Below, one piece after another: positions 13,291 through 24,996 of a DNA stretch of 64,000 bases (position 1 is the first letter of the stretch; every line of letters starts with the position of its first letter). Below the pieces are notes generated by a model. The model saw only the letters and a list, made by a program, of their open reading frames with translations. It ran no database searches and had not been told where the DNA came from. Origin of the DNA: Balanoglossus misakiensis (Eukaryota > Animalia > Hemichordata); assembly GCA_040954595.2 (NCBI GenBank), contig CM082594.2:1196247-1260246 (forward strand), written 5' to 3'. Made by a program: the position numbers and the translations under genes.

Positions 13291-14121
13291 CTATTCCGCC
13301 TGTGTATCTTCACTGAAGGAGGTGTCCTCTCCCATGGAGTCTATTCCGATTGACTTTAGTATTTCGTCGAAATCGAATCCTTCTCCTGGGTCCTCTGGGG
13401 GGTCTGCGAGGTGGTCACTCGCTTCGTCTTCTTCGCTGCCTAAGTTTACCGTGCAGACGTCTTGCCTAATGTCATTGGATGGTTGTGAGGCTAACGGTAT
13501 TACTTCGTCTACCCCGGTGACGAAGTCTCCCCAATTTCTGTGCGCTCGTTGGCAATAGTCACATCCGCCGCAGGGAAGTTCGTCCGGCGTAACGCTGTGG
13601 CGGTAGTGTCCCTGCGGTTCAATTCTGGATAGGGCATCCGCGTTGAGGTGTTTGTTCCCCGGCCTATGCTGAACCGTCATGTTGTACTGGCTAAGTTCTT
13701 CCAACCACCGGGCCAATTGTCCTTGGGGCGCTTTAAACCTCAGCAGCCAGGCCAGACTGCTGTGGTCCGTCCGTGTTATGAAATGGTTCCCCAGCAAGTA
13801 GTGTCGGAATAACCGGGTAAATCGTACTACTGCTAGGAGTTCTTTTCGGGTCGTGCAGTACCTTGTTTGTTCGGGTGTTAATGCGAAGCTGGCGTATGCG
13901 CTCACTCGTTCTTCTCCATCCTGCACCTGGAGAAGTTCCGCTCCCACGGCAATGTCCGATGCGTCCGTGTCCAATGTGAACAGGTCTTTTGGGTTCGGTA
14001 ACGTGAGTACCGGCGCCGATGTTAAGCAATCTTTTAGCGCCTCGAAGGCCAGCCGTTGCTCTCCGCCCCGCTTGAAAGGCTTTTTCCCGTAACTGCGTAC
14101 AGCGGGCGGCCAACTTGGCAT
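13291..14121 (-). pseudogene. Gypsy RNase H and tether
   Basis: LDTDASDIAVGAEL, YCTTRKELLAVV, TDHSSLAWL, GQLARW, NADALSR; CGGCDYC motif. Confidence 0.93.
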
Positions 14122-14152
14122 GATCCTTTATAAACGAGCGGTGTTAATTGGC

Positions 14153-15025
14153 TTACCCTGCGAAAAGTTCCACCTCCTTGGTGTTTTTTGGTGTCGGCCA
14201 GTTGCGTACCACGTCAACGGAACGCGGGTCCTGTCCTATGGTTCCTTTGCGGACAATCCGCCCCAGGAACTCCACCTCTGTCTGAAACAGTTCACACTTG
14301 CGGGGGCGTAGTTTCAACCTGTATTCCCGGATCCGGGTGAACACGTCTCGCAGATTCTGGAGATGGTTTGCAAAGTCCGCCCCAAGTACCATGATGTCGT
14401 CTAAAAATGCTAGTACTACCTCCCATGTCAGCCCACGCAGCACCAGATTCATGGCTCGCGAGTATGTGGCAGTGGTGTTGCACAGGGCGAAGGGCATACG
14501 GGCGAATTCATACAGCCCGTACTTTGTGGTAAAGGCAGTCTTCTTGCGGCCCTCTTTGTCCACTTGTATTTGCCAGTACGCTGAATTGGCATCTAGTTTC
14601 GAGAACCACTCGTTCCCGGCCAGCGTGTCCATGCAGTCCTCTATCAGCGGCAAGGGGAATACGTCTTTTCCGATCACATTGTTCAGCGACTGATAGTCGA
14701 CGCACCAGCGGACTGTCCCGTCCCTCTTCCTTACCAATACTGGTGCCGAAGCCCATTCTGATGTTGAAGGTTGGATTACCCCTGACCGCAGCATTTTCTT
14801 GAGGTGGGTCTCCTCCTCCCCCGCGAAGCGTAGTGGGGTTCGGCGCATCCTCTGCTTCACTGGTCGCGCGTCCCCTGTATCGATACTGTGCGCAAGGGCT
14901 GTGAAGTTCCCCAGGTCATATTCATTTGCAGCAAAGACATCCTGGAACTCGATTAGTAGCTCTTTCATTTCATGGGACTGTTTCTCCGTCAGATTGGCTG
15001 CTGATTTTTCTGACAATTCCCTCAA
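14153..15025 (-). pseudogene. Gypsy reverse transcriptase
   Basis: SEWASAPVLVRKRDGTVRWCVDY, PLPLI, FSKLDANSAYWQI, KTAF, MPFALCN, FLDDIMV. Confidence 0.95.
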
Positions 15026-15722
15026 GTGGTCTGGGAGCTCGTCTTCGCCATGCGGTTAAGTTTCTGTGAGTAGTTCAAGCTCGTTGACTGTGCCTGTGGC
15101 GATTATTCTCACATCCTGAAGGAACGAACCGAATTGAAGTAGCTGTCTTCCCTTGACCTCGGAGTGGACACATCCCTTTCAAAGAAATAACTTATAACCT
15201 ATGACATGAATATTTAAATAATATCCCATATACACCTGCCTTACGGACGAGCCACCATCTTTTCCTCTCGGCTTCAAGTGAGTAGCACAGTTCCTGAAGC
15301 TCCTGGGTTTTTCTGGGAGCGTTGGTGAGTGTTTTAAACACAGGTAGGTGTTTGTATTTCATTTTTAGACCGATATGTTATCCCAATTTTTGCCTTGGAC
15401 GTTGTATATTTTCCTGTTCAGCTTTTTGATGGATGTATTTTTTTTCCTTTGTCAGTTTTCATACACATGTGTCAACCATTTTGGATTTGTGGAGCACATG
15501 TGTGGTGAAATGTTGAGAATTTTTTCTTGCTATTTTTGTCTAATACGTTTTAGTGTAGGCATGCTTCTGTGTTCTTGCAGAACCATGACTGACTTGCTTG
15601 CTGCCGTTGTCGAAGATAGTTCTGCAGACATGAGTGCTAATGACTCTGTGAATGTTACACCAGGCCAGCATAGTGGGACAGCAAATCGTTCTTCTGTTCC
15701 GTAGTCTCAGGTCCTTACGGAG

Positions 15723-16917
15723 ATGGTGTCAGGCCTGGCCAAGTCCGTCCAACAGTTGACTGAAAATCAGAAGAAATGGTTAGGTCCTGCCAGAGATGGT
15801 CGCCGTACCAGTGAAATGGACCTGGAAGCGAACGCAGCGGATGGCATTCCCCTTGCTTGCATTGGGGTAGCAGGTCCTTCGGGTGCACACGAGGTGCTTC
15901 CTCCATTGAGTGACTGTACCTGTCGCCAAGGCCCAGTTTCTGTGGCCCCTGAGTCTCTTCGAGACGTTCGTGCACAGGATAAACACGCTGGTCGTGTTAA
16001 TTTCCTACTGGATGTGGATTCAGACGACTCTTCGGATGTCGAGTCACCACCTCATCGCCGTTCATCGTTTCGGAAAGAGAAATCCAGAAGAAAGAAAGGT
16101 AAGAAGAAAGACAATAAGTCTAAGGCGTCACCAGTTTCATCAGGCAATTCTTCTTCTACTGGAAGTTCAGATTGTGAGTTTGATAACCCACATGACAGAA
16201 ATACTGGTGTGGAGTTTTCCAAGTCGGTCCGGTCTTGGTTTATACAGCAACGTACAAATGCTCTGAGTGCAGATGACAAAAAGGAAATGAAGGAACGTTA
16301 TGAAGTGTCTTCAAAACATGAGAAATTATTCTTATCTCCTGCTCTGCCTGAAAATCTGGCTACTCATTGGGAGAAGCAACCAGTTACTAAACCTATGATG
16401 CAGCAGGACCATAGAATTCGGAAAGCTGCTGATAATTTATTGTTGTCGCAACTTCCGTTGTTGGAAATTTTGCAGACGGCTCATGATGGTGTCAATTGAT
16501 CCACAAATTCTTCTAACTACCATTCAACTTAGTATTACTCTGTTCGGTAGTGCTTTTCGTGGTCTACAGATAGCAAGACAGAAGGCCTTTGAATCTGTGC
16601 TTCCAAATATGTATGCTTCTTTGAAGAAATTGGAACCATCCATGGCTACATTATTTGGAGATGAGCCACTGAAGGAGGCAAAGAAGGCAAAGCAGGCCCA
16701 TAATGTTGTGGTTGATATGACCTCTAGGGGTCAAGGGTCAACTGGAAGTGCAGCAGGCCAGTTCCGCAAACGCCCCATGTCTACCTACAAGTCCAGGTAT
16801 GGCCAAAGTGGATATGGTAAGCGGTCTCAATACTCCAAGTTTATACAGTATGGTTCTTCACCCAAGTTTGCGAGAACTGATGGCGCTGGTCAGTCCTTTC
16901 GTGGCAAAAAACAGTGA
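15723..16917 (+). pseudogene. DIRS gag-like ORF (frameshift near 16495)
   Basis: Two overlapping ORFs (15723-16499, 16483-16917) upstream of RT; K/S-rich region, TLFG motif. Confidence 0.7.
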
Positions 16918-16991
16918 TGTTTTCCCTCATCAAGAGCAGTTACTTACTCATCCCCAGGTAGGGGGTCGTCTAGCTTTATTTCTTCACCAGA

Positions 16992-18962
16992 GTGGCGGCA
17001 GCTAACTTCAGACCCATGGATACTAGAAACAGTGCAAGGTTACAAGCTGGAACTCGTGTCAACACCAGTGCAGTCGCATCTACCAGTTACGGCTGTTCAG
17101 TCATGCCATGTAGATTTGATCGACACAGAAATACAGTCTTTGTTACAAAAGGCGGCAATACATCCAGTGGTACCAGTTCAAGGTCAGTTTGTGTCAACAA
17201 TATTTCTAGTACCCAAAGTGTCAGGAGGTTGGCGCCCGGTTTTCAACCTGAAATCACTCAATCGGCACATTGCTTATCAGCACTTCAAGATGGAGGGCCT
17301 TCAGCATGTCAAGGCGCAACTTCGTCCAGGCGACTTCATGGCCACAGTAGACCTGAAGGATGCATATTTCACTATCCCAATTTTTGTAGATCACAGAAAG
17401 TTTCTTCGGTTTATTTGGAAGGAGACGATGTTCGAATTTGCAGTTCTGCCGTTCGGCATTGCCAGTGCTCCTCGAGTTTTTACGAAAATGTTGAAGCCAG
17501 TCGTCGCTCAGTTTCGTCGCCAAGGTATTTGATGTGTAATTTATATAGACAACCTCCTGATCCTGGGGGAATCCAGGAAGTTTGGCCAAGCGAATGTAGA
17601 GACAGCTGTGCAACTTCTGCAGAGTGTAGGTTTCCTCGTAAATTGGGAAAAATCCAAACTTCAACCAAAACAGCAAGTTCAGTTTTTGGGTATGATGATC
17701 AACTCCATAGACATGACGATCAGTTTCCCACAGGAAAAGGTACAGAAACTCCAATCAGAATGTTGCTGGGAAAAGAAGTGGTCACTGTGCGTTGCCTAGC
17801 AAAGGTGTTGGGGCGAATGACAGCAGCTCTGGAGGCGAAAACTGTGGCGCCACTTCATTACCGGGCTCTTCAGAAAGATCAGCTGAAGGTGTTCGCTCTG
17901 ACAGGGTGCTTCGATTCCCCATTGAGTCTCTCTCGAGCAGCAAAGACAGAGTTGAGATGGTGGGTAGAATGTCTTCATGCGTGGAATGGCAAGTCCCTAC
18001 TACCACATACACCGCAACTGATAGTTCAGACAGATTCGTCCATCAGAGGATGGGGAGCAGTATGCGGGCACAACTCGGCACAGGGACAGTGGAACCAGAG
18101 TCTCCACATAAATCAGCTGGAGATGCTGGCAGTTTGCAGAGGATTGGAGCGTCCGGCAAGTCATCTGCAGGACATCTGTGTCGAAGTCCAGTGAGACAAT
18201 ACATCAGTAGTGTCTTACATCAACCGTCAGGGAGGCACTCGGTCTTGGCCTCTGAGCGAGTTGGCGGCCAGTCTATGGTTGTGGTGCCTGAAGCGCAACA
18301 TTATACTATCAGCAGTGCATCTGCCGGGGAGAATCAATTAAGAGGCGGATTACCTTTCGCGAAAATTCAACGACAATCTGGAATGGCAGCTCAACCCAGT
18401 TGTGCTCCAGAAAGCCCTCCGGATGTTACAGTGGATACCGCAAGTGGACCTGTTTGCGACACATCTGAATGCACAGCTTCCTCGTTACGTCTCTTGGAAA
18501 CCAGATCCACAAGAGTGGCGAATAGACGCATTTTCCATTCAGTGGAACAAGCTGGTAGGCTATGTGTTTCCTCCGTTTTGTCTTCTTCCAAGAATTCTGC
18601 ACAAAGTTCATCAGGACAAGGCACGCATAGTTCTGGTGGCCCCAGTGTGGACGACTCAACCCTGGTATCCGGATTTGCTTTCACTTCTGATACAAAATCC
18701 GTTATTGCTCCCACAAGTCCCAGACCTGTTAGTCGATCTGTTGACAGGGCAGAATCATCCACTCGCAAACCAAATGTTGCTAGCCGTGTGGCCGCTCTCA
18801 GGTGTACTCTCCGAGCAAGAGGCATATCTGAAAGGGTGTCTAAAATTATCCTCCAAAGCATCAGACGAGGCACTGCAAAACAGTATGAGTCAGCCTGGCG
18901 TCGCTGGAATCGTTGGTGTCAAAGACAAAAGGAAGATCCTATTTCAGCGCCTATCCCTATAG
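16992..18962 (+). pseudogene. DIRS RT, RNase H and adenine methyltransferase-like domain
   Basis: FLVPKVSGGWRPVFNLKSLN, DLKDAYF, LPFGIASAPRVFTK; TGA at 17530, then YIDN in place of YxDD; TDSSIRGWG, HINQLEMLAV; VDLFAT...DAFS..W...YVFPPF...APVWTTQPWY. Confidence 0.92.
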
Positions 18963-19740
18963 TGTTGGAATTTCTTGCAGACCAACTTGATAGACAACTT
19001 CAGTATCACACCATTAATGTATATCGTTCAGCTATCTCTTCAGTGCACTTGCCAGTTGATGGATATCGTTTGGGAAATCATCCACTTGTTACACAGTTTA
19101 TGAGGGGAGTTTATGTATCCAGACCACCCAGGTATGGGATGTTCAGCAAGTTTTGACTTTTCTTCAGTCTTGGTCGCCATCCAAGGATTTGTCGCTGAAG
19201 TGTTTAACATTAAAAACTGTTATGTTAGTTGCGTTATGTACAGCAGGACGGTGTTCTGATTTGGCAAATCTCCAGTTGGAGTCTATTTCGTTATCCAAGG
19301 GATCAGCTGTTTTGCTTCCGGCTAGTTTGTCGAAGACAGACAGACCAGCCAAGAAAAGAATAATTGTTGTTTTAACAGCCTTCAAGAAGGATCGAAGGTT
19401 ATGTGTAGTCTATTATTTGGCTTCTTATTTGCGTCGGGTGCAGTCTTTACGCAAGCACAAGAAGACCCTTTTCGTTAGTTTTGCGTCAGGAAAACCTGTT
19501 TTGCCAAGTACCATAGCAAGATGGATTAAATTGGTGCTTCAGAAGAGTGGTATAGACAAGGTCTTCTCAGCACATGCAACTAGAGCAGCAGTTACTTCAG
19601 CCCTTCATTTCAGAGGAGCCTCGTTACAGCAAATTATGGGTTTGGCGAATTGGTCCTCTTCTAGAACCTTTGCTAAACATTACCAGTGTGAGGTATCATC
19701 ATTGACTTCTCCAGTGTTGGACACCTTGGTAACCAAATAG
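18780..19740 (+). pseudogene. DIRS tyrosine recombinase (frameshift near 19130-19155)
   Basis: RRGTAKQYESAWRRW, TINVYRSAIS, HPLV; catalytic motifs GRCSDL, HATRAA, ANWSSSRTFAKHY. Confidence 0.92.
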
Positions 19741-19809
19741 GTGAGTTGACTACCTGTTGTTCTCAGGTGCTTTGTCTTTAAAATCAGCTATGGAAATGAG
19801 GGAAGTCAC

Positions 19810-19911
19810 TGAAGGATGTGAGAATAAATAAAAATTATACCACATCTTACTGTTACAGGATAATTGTGGTTATTCTCTCATCCTGGAGGAACGAACCGAA
19901 TTGAAGTAGCT
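19810..19911 (+). repeat. DIRS internal complementary region (ICR)
   Basis: GGATGTGAGAATAA is complementary to the left end, followed directly by sequence complementary to the right end (ATAAAAATTATACCAC...GAATTGAAGTAGCT). Confidence 0.9.
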
Positions 19912-20173
19912 CCCACCTCCCACCCAAAAATTATGTTTTCTGTTTGTCTTTTCTTAGTTTCATGCTTTTAAAGATGGTTGCTCGTCCGTAAGGCAGGTGT
20001 ATATGGGATATTATTTAAATATTCATGTCATAGGTCATAGGTTATTTCTTTGAAAGGGCTGTGTCTACTCCGAGGTCAAGGGAAGACAGCTACTTCAATT
20101 CGGTTCGTTCATTCAGGATGAGAGAATAACCACAATTATCCTGTAACAGTAAGGTGTGGTATAATTTTTATTT

Positions 20174-20704
20174 TCAATGTCTTTGGTTAATGTCAGAAGA
20201 AGCTTTCCTCTGACTGCTGTTGCCACTACTGTTCCCGGCGGTATGGTGACGTTGTCATCGGTCAGGTTTACTAAACAGATGATTGGGGGCTGCCCCTTTT
20301 TACAGAATGTCCGGGGCATAATGACGTCACCTAGTTTCACTGGTTCCACTATGTAGTCGGGCATGTCCATGTCGATTGTCCCTGTCACCCTGGTCACGGA
20401 GTTCGGAGACAGGATAGTGCATGGAGCGACTGATATGTAAGCCACGTGCCACAGTGGTCTGGTCCCCTTGCAGCAACGGGACATGCTGTTCTCCCACCTG
20501 GAGGAAGTTTTCTCGCATGTGGAGGATGACCTGTTTGGATCGAAGTTGGTCTACTCCCAGCAGCATGGTGTCTCCTATTGGGCCAACATATATATTTTCT
20601 CGAAAGGCAGTGCCCTCTAACTTCAGGTTCACTGGTCCAATTTTGAATCCTCTCATGGACGAGTCTCTTCCTGCTAGGTGTACTTTGACAACAAGCTTTT
20701 TCAC
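20174..20704 (-). pseudogene. Gypsy aspartic protease C-terminal half and linker (frameshifted)
   Basis: IYVGPIGDTMLLGVD (LLG.D motif), then ICLVNLTDDNVTIPPGTVVA. The frame continues across the DIRS insertion into 15102-15026 (one TAA). Confidence 0.75.
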
Positions 20705-20724
20705 TCCACAAGTGGCTGTGTGAT

Positions 20725-20884
20725 GTTTTCCGGGGGTCTTCGTATTTTTTGCCCGTCAAAGGGGGGGGGGTCATCATTTGTTGGTCCTGGGTGAAAGGGG
20801 GTTCTGCTTGATTTTAAAAAAACCGATGACACAAACTTGCCGACCCCCCCCCCCCACTTCCAACCGTAAAAACTGAACCGCCCC
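20725..20884. mobile_element. Right-end fragment of a Harbinger-type MITE (same family as 6738-7542)
   Basis: GTCAAAG(G)nTCATCA...GATGACACAAACTT...AAAACTGAACCGCCCC|TAA matches 7420-7545. It abuts the truncated Gypsy 5' end. Confidence 0.7.
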
Positions 20885-22096
20885 TAAAGAAATAAAAAAT
20901 GCCATAACCAGTGAATGGTCATCCGCAATATTTGGTTTTTAATGTTTACTCGACCCTTTAGTCGACAGCCCATGTGGATATACCAGTCCGGTAACCGTTG
21001 ACATCAATCAGATTAAAATCAGATGTAGAATGTAGCGCCGTCTTTACCTTTGCTTATTCTTGGCTATTCCTGAAAAAGGACGAGAGTGGCCCGTTGCCGT
21101 TTTATAAGAGGACACCCCTAGCGCAAAGACAAATCCTGAGGTATCGAGAATTAAAATACAAACGTTTTCTTGTGACGTGGGTACCGCCGTACAATGTAAG
21201 GACAACACTCTTGTTGCCCTTTCTTCTATAAAAGTGAATTTTCATACATGTTGCTTGATAAGTCTCCCCAAGCGTCGAAAAATCAATGTACTGGACTTTG
21301 CAGTTTTGGGAGCCATATTGCCAAGTTCACAAAGTAGCCGGAAAGGTTATGACAAAGCCTGAGAATGACGCATGCGCACTTGGCAGCCTTGTCGCCTGTA
21401 GTGAGACAAACGCTAAACAGAACATGCAGGTCAAATTCATGATTCTATTAATTAAGATAAGCTGTCACTTGAAATTCGGAAGAGCGATAAATGACGACTG
21501 GACTGGCTTTGAGGTACACGCCCACGCGGCAGTTTTGCTTGAAAATTATTAAAACGTATTGGGCAATGTGGGATTCTAGATGGCAACAGACGTCGACTTC
21601 ACCATCGAAAGAGTGATTTTACGTGTTGTGGGTATGGGCATGGCGCTGGCCCTTTAAATACACACAATAAAGAGTAAGCAATTGGGTTGATCACAATGCA
21701 TCTCAACTAAGTAAACAGCGCAAAAGTATTAATTTGTATAACTACGGGCGGCCATGCACATTTTAATGAACTCATTGTTGAATCATGAACAGTACTAGAT
21801 CGAGAATGGATTTGTCTTTCTATTACATCATCACCGTCATGTCATTGCCTTGGTGCTGGCTATATCATGTTTACATTTATCCTCTGATTTGAAGACTTAA
21901 GCAGTACGTATCTGGAAAGACGAAAAATAAAAACAATATGGACTCAGTGAAAACTCAAAAATTAAAAATCATGCAAATTCCCCTTGTTATTATGTGGTCT
22001 CTAGTGTAAGCAAAATGTCGATCCGTTAGCCTCCATGTAACAATAAAGTCACAACATGAGTTCCAACTTTGTGTATTTTTAATTTGATGACTATAT

Positions 22097-22187
22097 TCAC
22101 CGCGCACCTGGAATTCCACAGACGAAGCCCTTTGGTTTGACGTCGCAGTATTTGTCATCCCATAAACCCATGTGCCCATTTCTATAC
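22097..22187 (-). CDS. Isolated C-type-lectin C-terminal exon (copy at 48640-48730, + strand)
   Basis: TCTTACAG acceptor, then YRNGHMGLWDDKYCDVKPKGFVCGIP, matching the W-D-D-x-x-C...F-V-C CTLD ending. Confidence 0.65.
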
Positions 22188-22651
22188 CTGTAAGATATCA
22201 ACGGTTGCACTGCGATTGGTACCTGCGTGTTTGGAGACATCGGTTTTATTAATACTGTAAGCATGTGATCTTGATTTAGAAAACCGAAAAAGATACCGTA
22301 TAACTGATGCATATAACAAAAATACATAACGTTACGGGTGGTAATGAACCTGTCACGGCCCTGATTCACCATCTTCGCTTGAATCCACAAGTACTGTCTT
22401 TCCATTAACGACATATTTGCTATCATTGCTAAAACTCGTACAAATAGTTCACAAATCATGAAATTTATATTTTTAGACTACACGTACACAGGAAACCCCT
22501 TACAGCCCTGTACTATTATCATGTCTGTCACATGGATTTACACAGTCGTGTACCAGCTATGTTGGCACACAGACTCTGTACCAGCTATGTAAAAAGAAAT
22601 GATGTTACATATGAATAAGATGTGTGAGAAAAAGTCCTGTGTCATACCCTT

Positions 22652-22802
22652 TTTCACACAGCCCTGTACCAGGGGTGTACGTACACACGCTGGACCAGTC
22701 GTATTTCACACAGCCCTGTAACAGGTGTGCACGTACACACGGCTGGACCAGTCGTATTTCACACAGCCCTGTAAAAGGGGTGTACACACGGCTGGACCAG
22801 TC
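22652..22802 (+). repeat. ~52-55-bp minisatellite, 3 copies
   Basis: TTTCACACAGCCCTGTA...ACACACG(G)CTGGACCAGTC repeated three times. Confidence 0.85.
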
Positions 22803-23010
22803 ATACACATGCTGTACTGGGGAGTCTCATGATATTTCGTTTCTTTTAGACAGTTAGTTGTACTATTATTGGGCTCAAAGGTTACGCCTCAGCTCATACG
22901 AACTCAGAGTGCTTGATGTCAAAGGTCAAATCCCCTATCCAAATCCTCCATGTATTTTTCATTTGACGTATGCTTTAGCTGGAGCAGTCAAACCCGGGAC
23001 TCAAACTAAT

Positions 23011-23822
23011 TACGGGCCCAAGCCAAGCCAGGCTTGGGCCCGTATTGGTTTCGTTGGGTTTTTTACGGGCCCAAGCCAAGCCAGGCTTGGGCCCGTATTG
23101 GTTTCGTTGGGGTTTATAGGGCCCAAGCGCAAGCAAGCGCTTGGGCCCTATTGGTTTCGTTTTTTTTTTTACAGGCCCAAGCCAAGCCAGGCTTGGGCCC
23201 GTATTGGTTTCGTTGGGGTTTTTCAGTCTTTCTTTCTTTAGGGCCCAAGCCCATACCAGCGCTTGGGCCCTATTGGTTTCGTTGGGGTTTTTTAGGGCCC
23301 AAGCGCATACCAGCGCTTGAGCCCTAATGGTTTCGTTGGTTTTTTTTAGGGCCCAAGTGCATACCAGCGCTTGGGCCCTATTGGTTTCGTTGGGGTTTTT
23401 CTGTCTTTCTTTAGGGCCCAAGCGCACGCAAGCGCTTGGGCCCTATTGGTTTCGTTGGAATTTTTAGGGCCCAAGCGCACGCAAGCGCTTGGGCCCTATT
23501 GGTTTCGTTTTAATTTTTTAGGGCCCAAGCGCACACCAGCGCTTGGGCCCTATTGGTTTCGTTGGGGTTTTTAGGGCCCAAGCGCAAGGAAGCGCTTGGG
23601 CCCTATTGGTTTCGTTGGAATTTTTAGGGCCCAAGCGCAAGCAAGCGCTTGGGCCCTATTGGTTTCGTTGGAATTTTTACGGGCCCAAGCCAAGCCAGGC
23701 TTGGGCCCGTATTGGTTTCGTTGGGTTTTTTTACGGGCCCAAGCCAAGCCAGGCTTGGGCCCATATTGGTTTCGTTGGAATTTTTACCAGGCTTGGGCCC
23801 GTATTGGTTTCGTTGGAATTTT
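23011..23822 (+). repeat. Tandem array of ~53-bp hairpin units (~14.5 copies)
   Basis: GGGCCCAAGC-N(9-11)-GCTTGGGCCC plus TATTGGTTTCGTT and a T/G-rich tail. The arm-2 copy at ~47155-47817 has a different unit content. Confidence 0.95.
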
Positions 23823-24996
23823 TCTTTCTTTCTTTATTCTTGTGTCAATTCTTTGACCCACGAGATCTCAGACACCGCTGCAGGTACACTTCTGAAACTT
23901 GCTACAGTGGTCAAGGTCAATGAGTAGTCGTGCATTGAACCCTTGAATTTTTAATTAGTCTCGTGACCTGGCGGCCATCCTGGATTTTCTGAAAAAATGC
24001 AAATCTCAGATCTCAGAAACTACAAGTTAGATCGACTTCAAATTTGGCATGTTGGTAGACTACCTACTGCCCATCATTTTTGTAATTGAAAATTATGCTG
24101 AAAAAGTTGCAGTTTTTTGCTACAATTTTTTTTCTGAAATCTGGCTTAAATTTCAAAAATCTTCTTCTCCAGAACCGGTGATAACCGAGACACAGGGTTT
24201 GGTGTATGTGGTCACCTAACTGATGTCTATCAAGTTTGCGAAGATCATTGTGATTGGTCGAAGATTTTGGCGGCCATATTGGATTTTCGAAACACCCTAG
24301 TAAAATTTCAAAAATCTTCTTCTCAAGAACCGGCGATTACCGAGTCACAAGATTTGGTGTGTGTGGTCATTAAACAGATGTCTATCAAGTTTGCTAAGAA
24401 GAATGTGATTGGTCGAAGATTATGGCGGCCATATTGGATTTTGTGAAAAACGATTAAAAAGTAAAAACTCCCTTTCTAGCCTAAAAATTGTTAGCACAGA
24501 AATTCTTTTTATGGATATGAATCATCATATGACAAGAATAAGCTATAAATATTTTGGTAATTTTGGCAATGACCTTTGACCTACCTTTGACGCATCATTT
24601 TTCTGCATATCTGCACTGAAAATCGTCGCACCTGCAACGACCCATTGACTGAGCCGTTGATTTTATTTGTCGACGCACCCGACTGTTATCAGGCTGACTG
24701 AATGGGCATGTAACAGAATTTGCAACATTGTTGTGTTGAAGCAGACGCGGAGTCTCGGATTACATTACAGAGTGAATATACGACCGAGACACTTGATGAA
24801 ATCAAAAGTTCAAACTTTGTAATGAATAAAGAACACGGTAAAAGTTGTGCGTGTTTTTCCCCCGATTATTTTAAATGAAAGACAGATATTCATCATGCAT
24901 GATTCACTAAGAAACATTTATTCCACTAAAACACACCAAGCGATCGAAAGATAAAATACACAGTCCGTTTGATCAAAACTCGACACGGGTGAAAAC

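Larger units (their letters stand above)
15103..20173 (+). mobile_element. Full-length but defective DIRS1-type tyrosine-recombinase retrotransposon
   Basis: Inverted terminal repeats at 15103-~15261 and ~19971-20173; internal complementary region at ~19810-19911; gag, RT/RH/MT and YR ORFs; no TSD. Confidence 0.95.
10320..20725 (-). mobile_element. Truncated, degenerate Ty3/Gypsy retrotransposon (no LTRs seen), interrupted by a DIRS element at 15103-20173
   Basis: GC-rich block with PR-RT-RH-IN order on the minus strand plus a downstream extra ORF; frameshifts and deletions. Confidence 0.92.

Noticed and set aside
23011-23822. CRISPR-like appearance of palindromic repeats
   Set aside because: There are no unique spacers and no cas genes, and the context is eukaryotic. 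The ORFs over the array are repeat artefacts.
24612-24613. Left TSD reads TG instead of TA
   Set aside because: Most simply a point mutation or base error; the empty site and the right flank both show TA.
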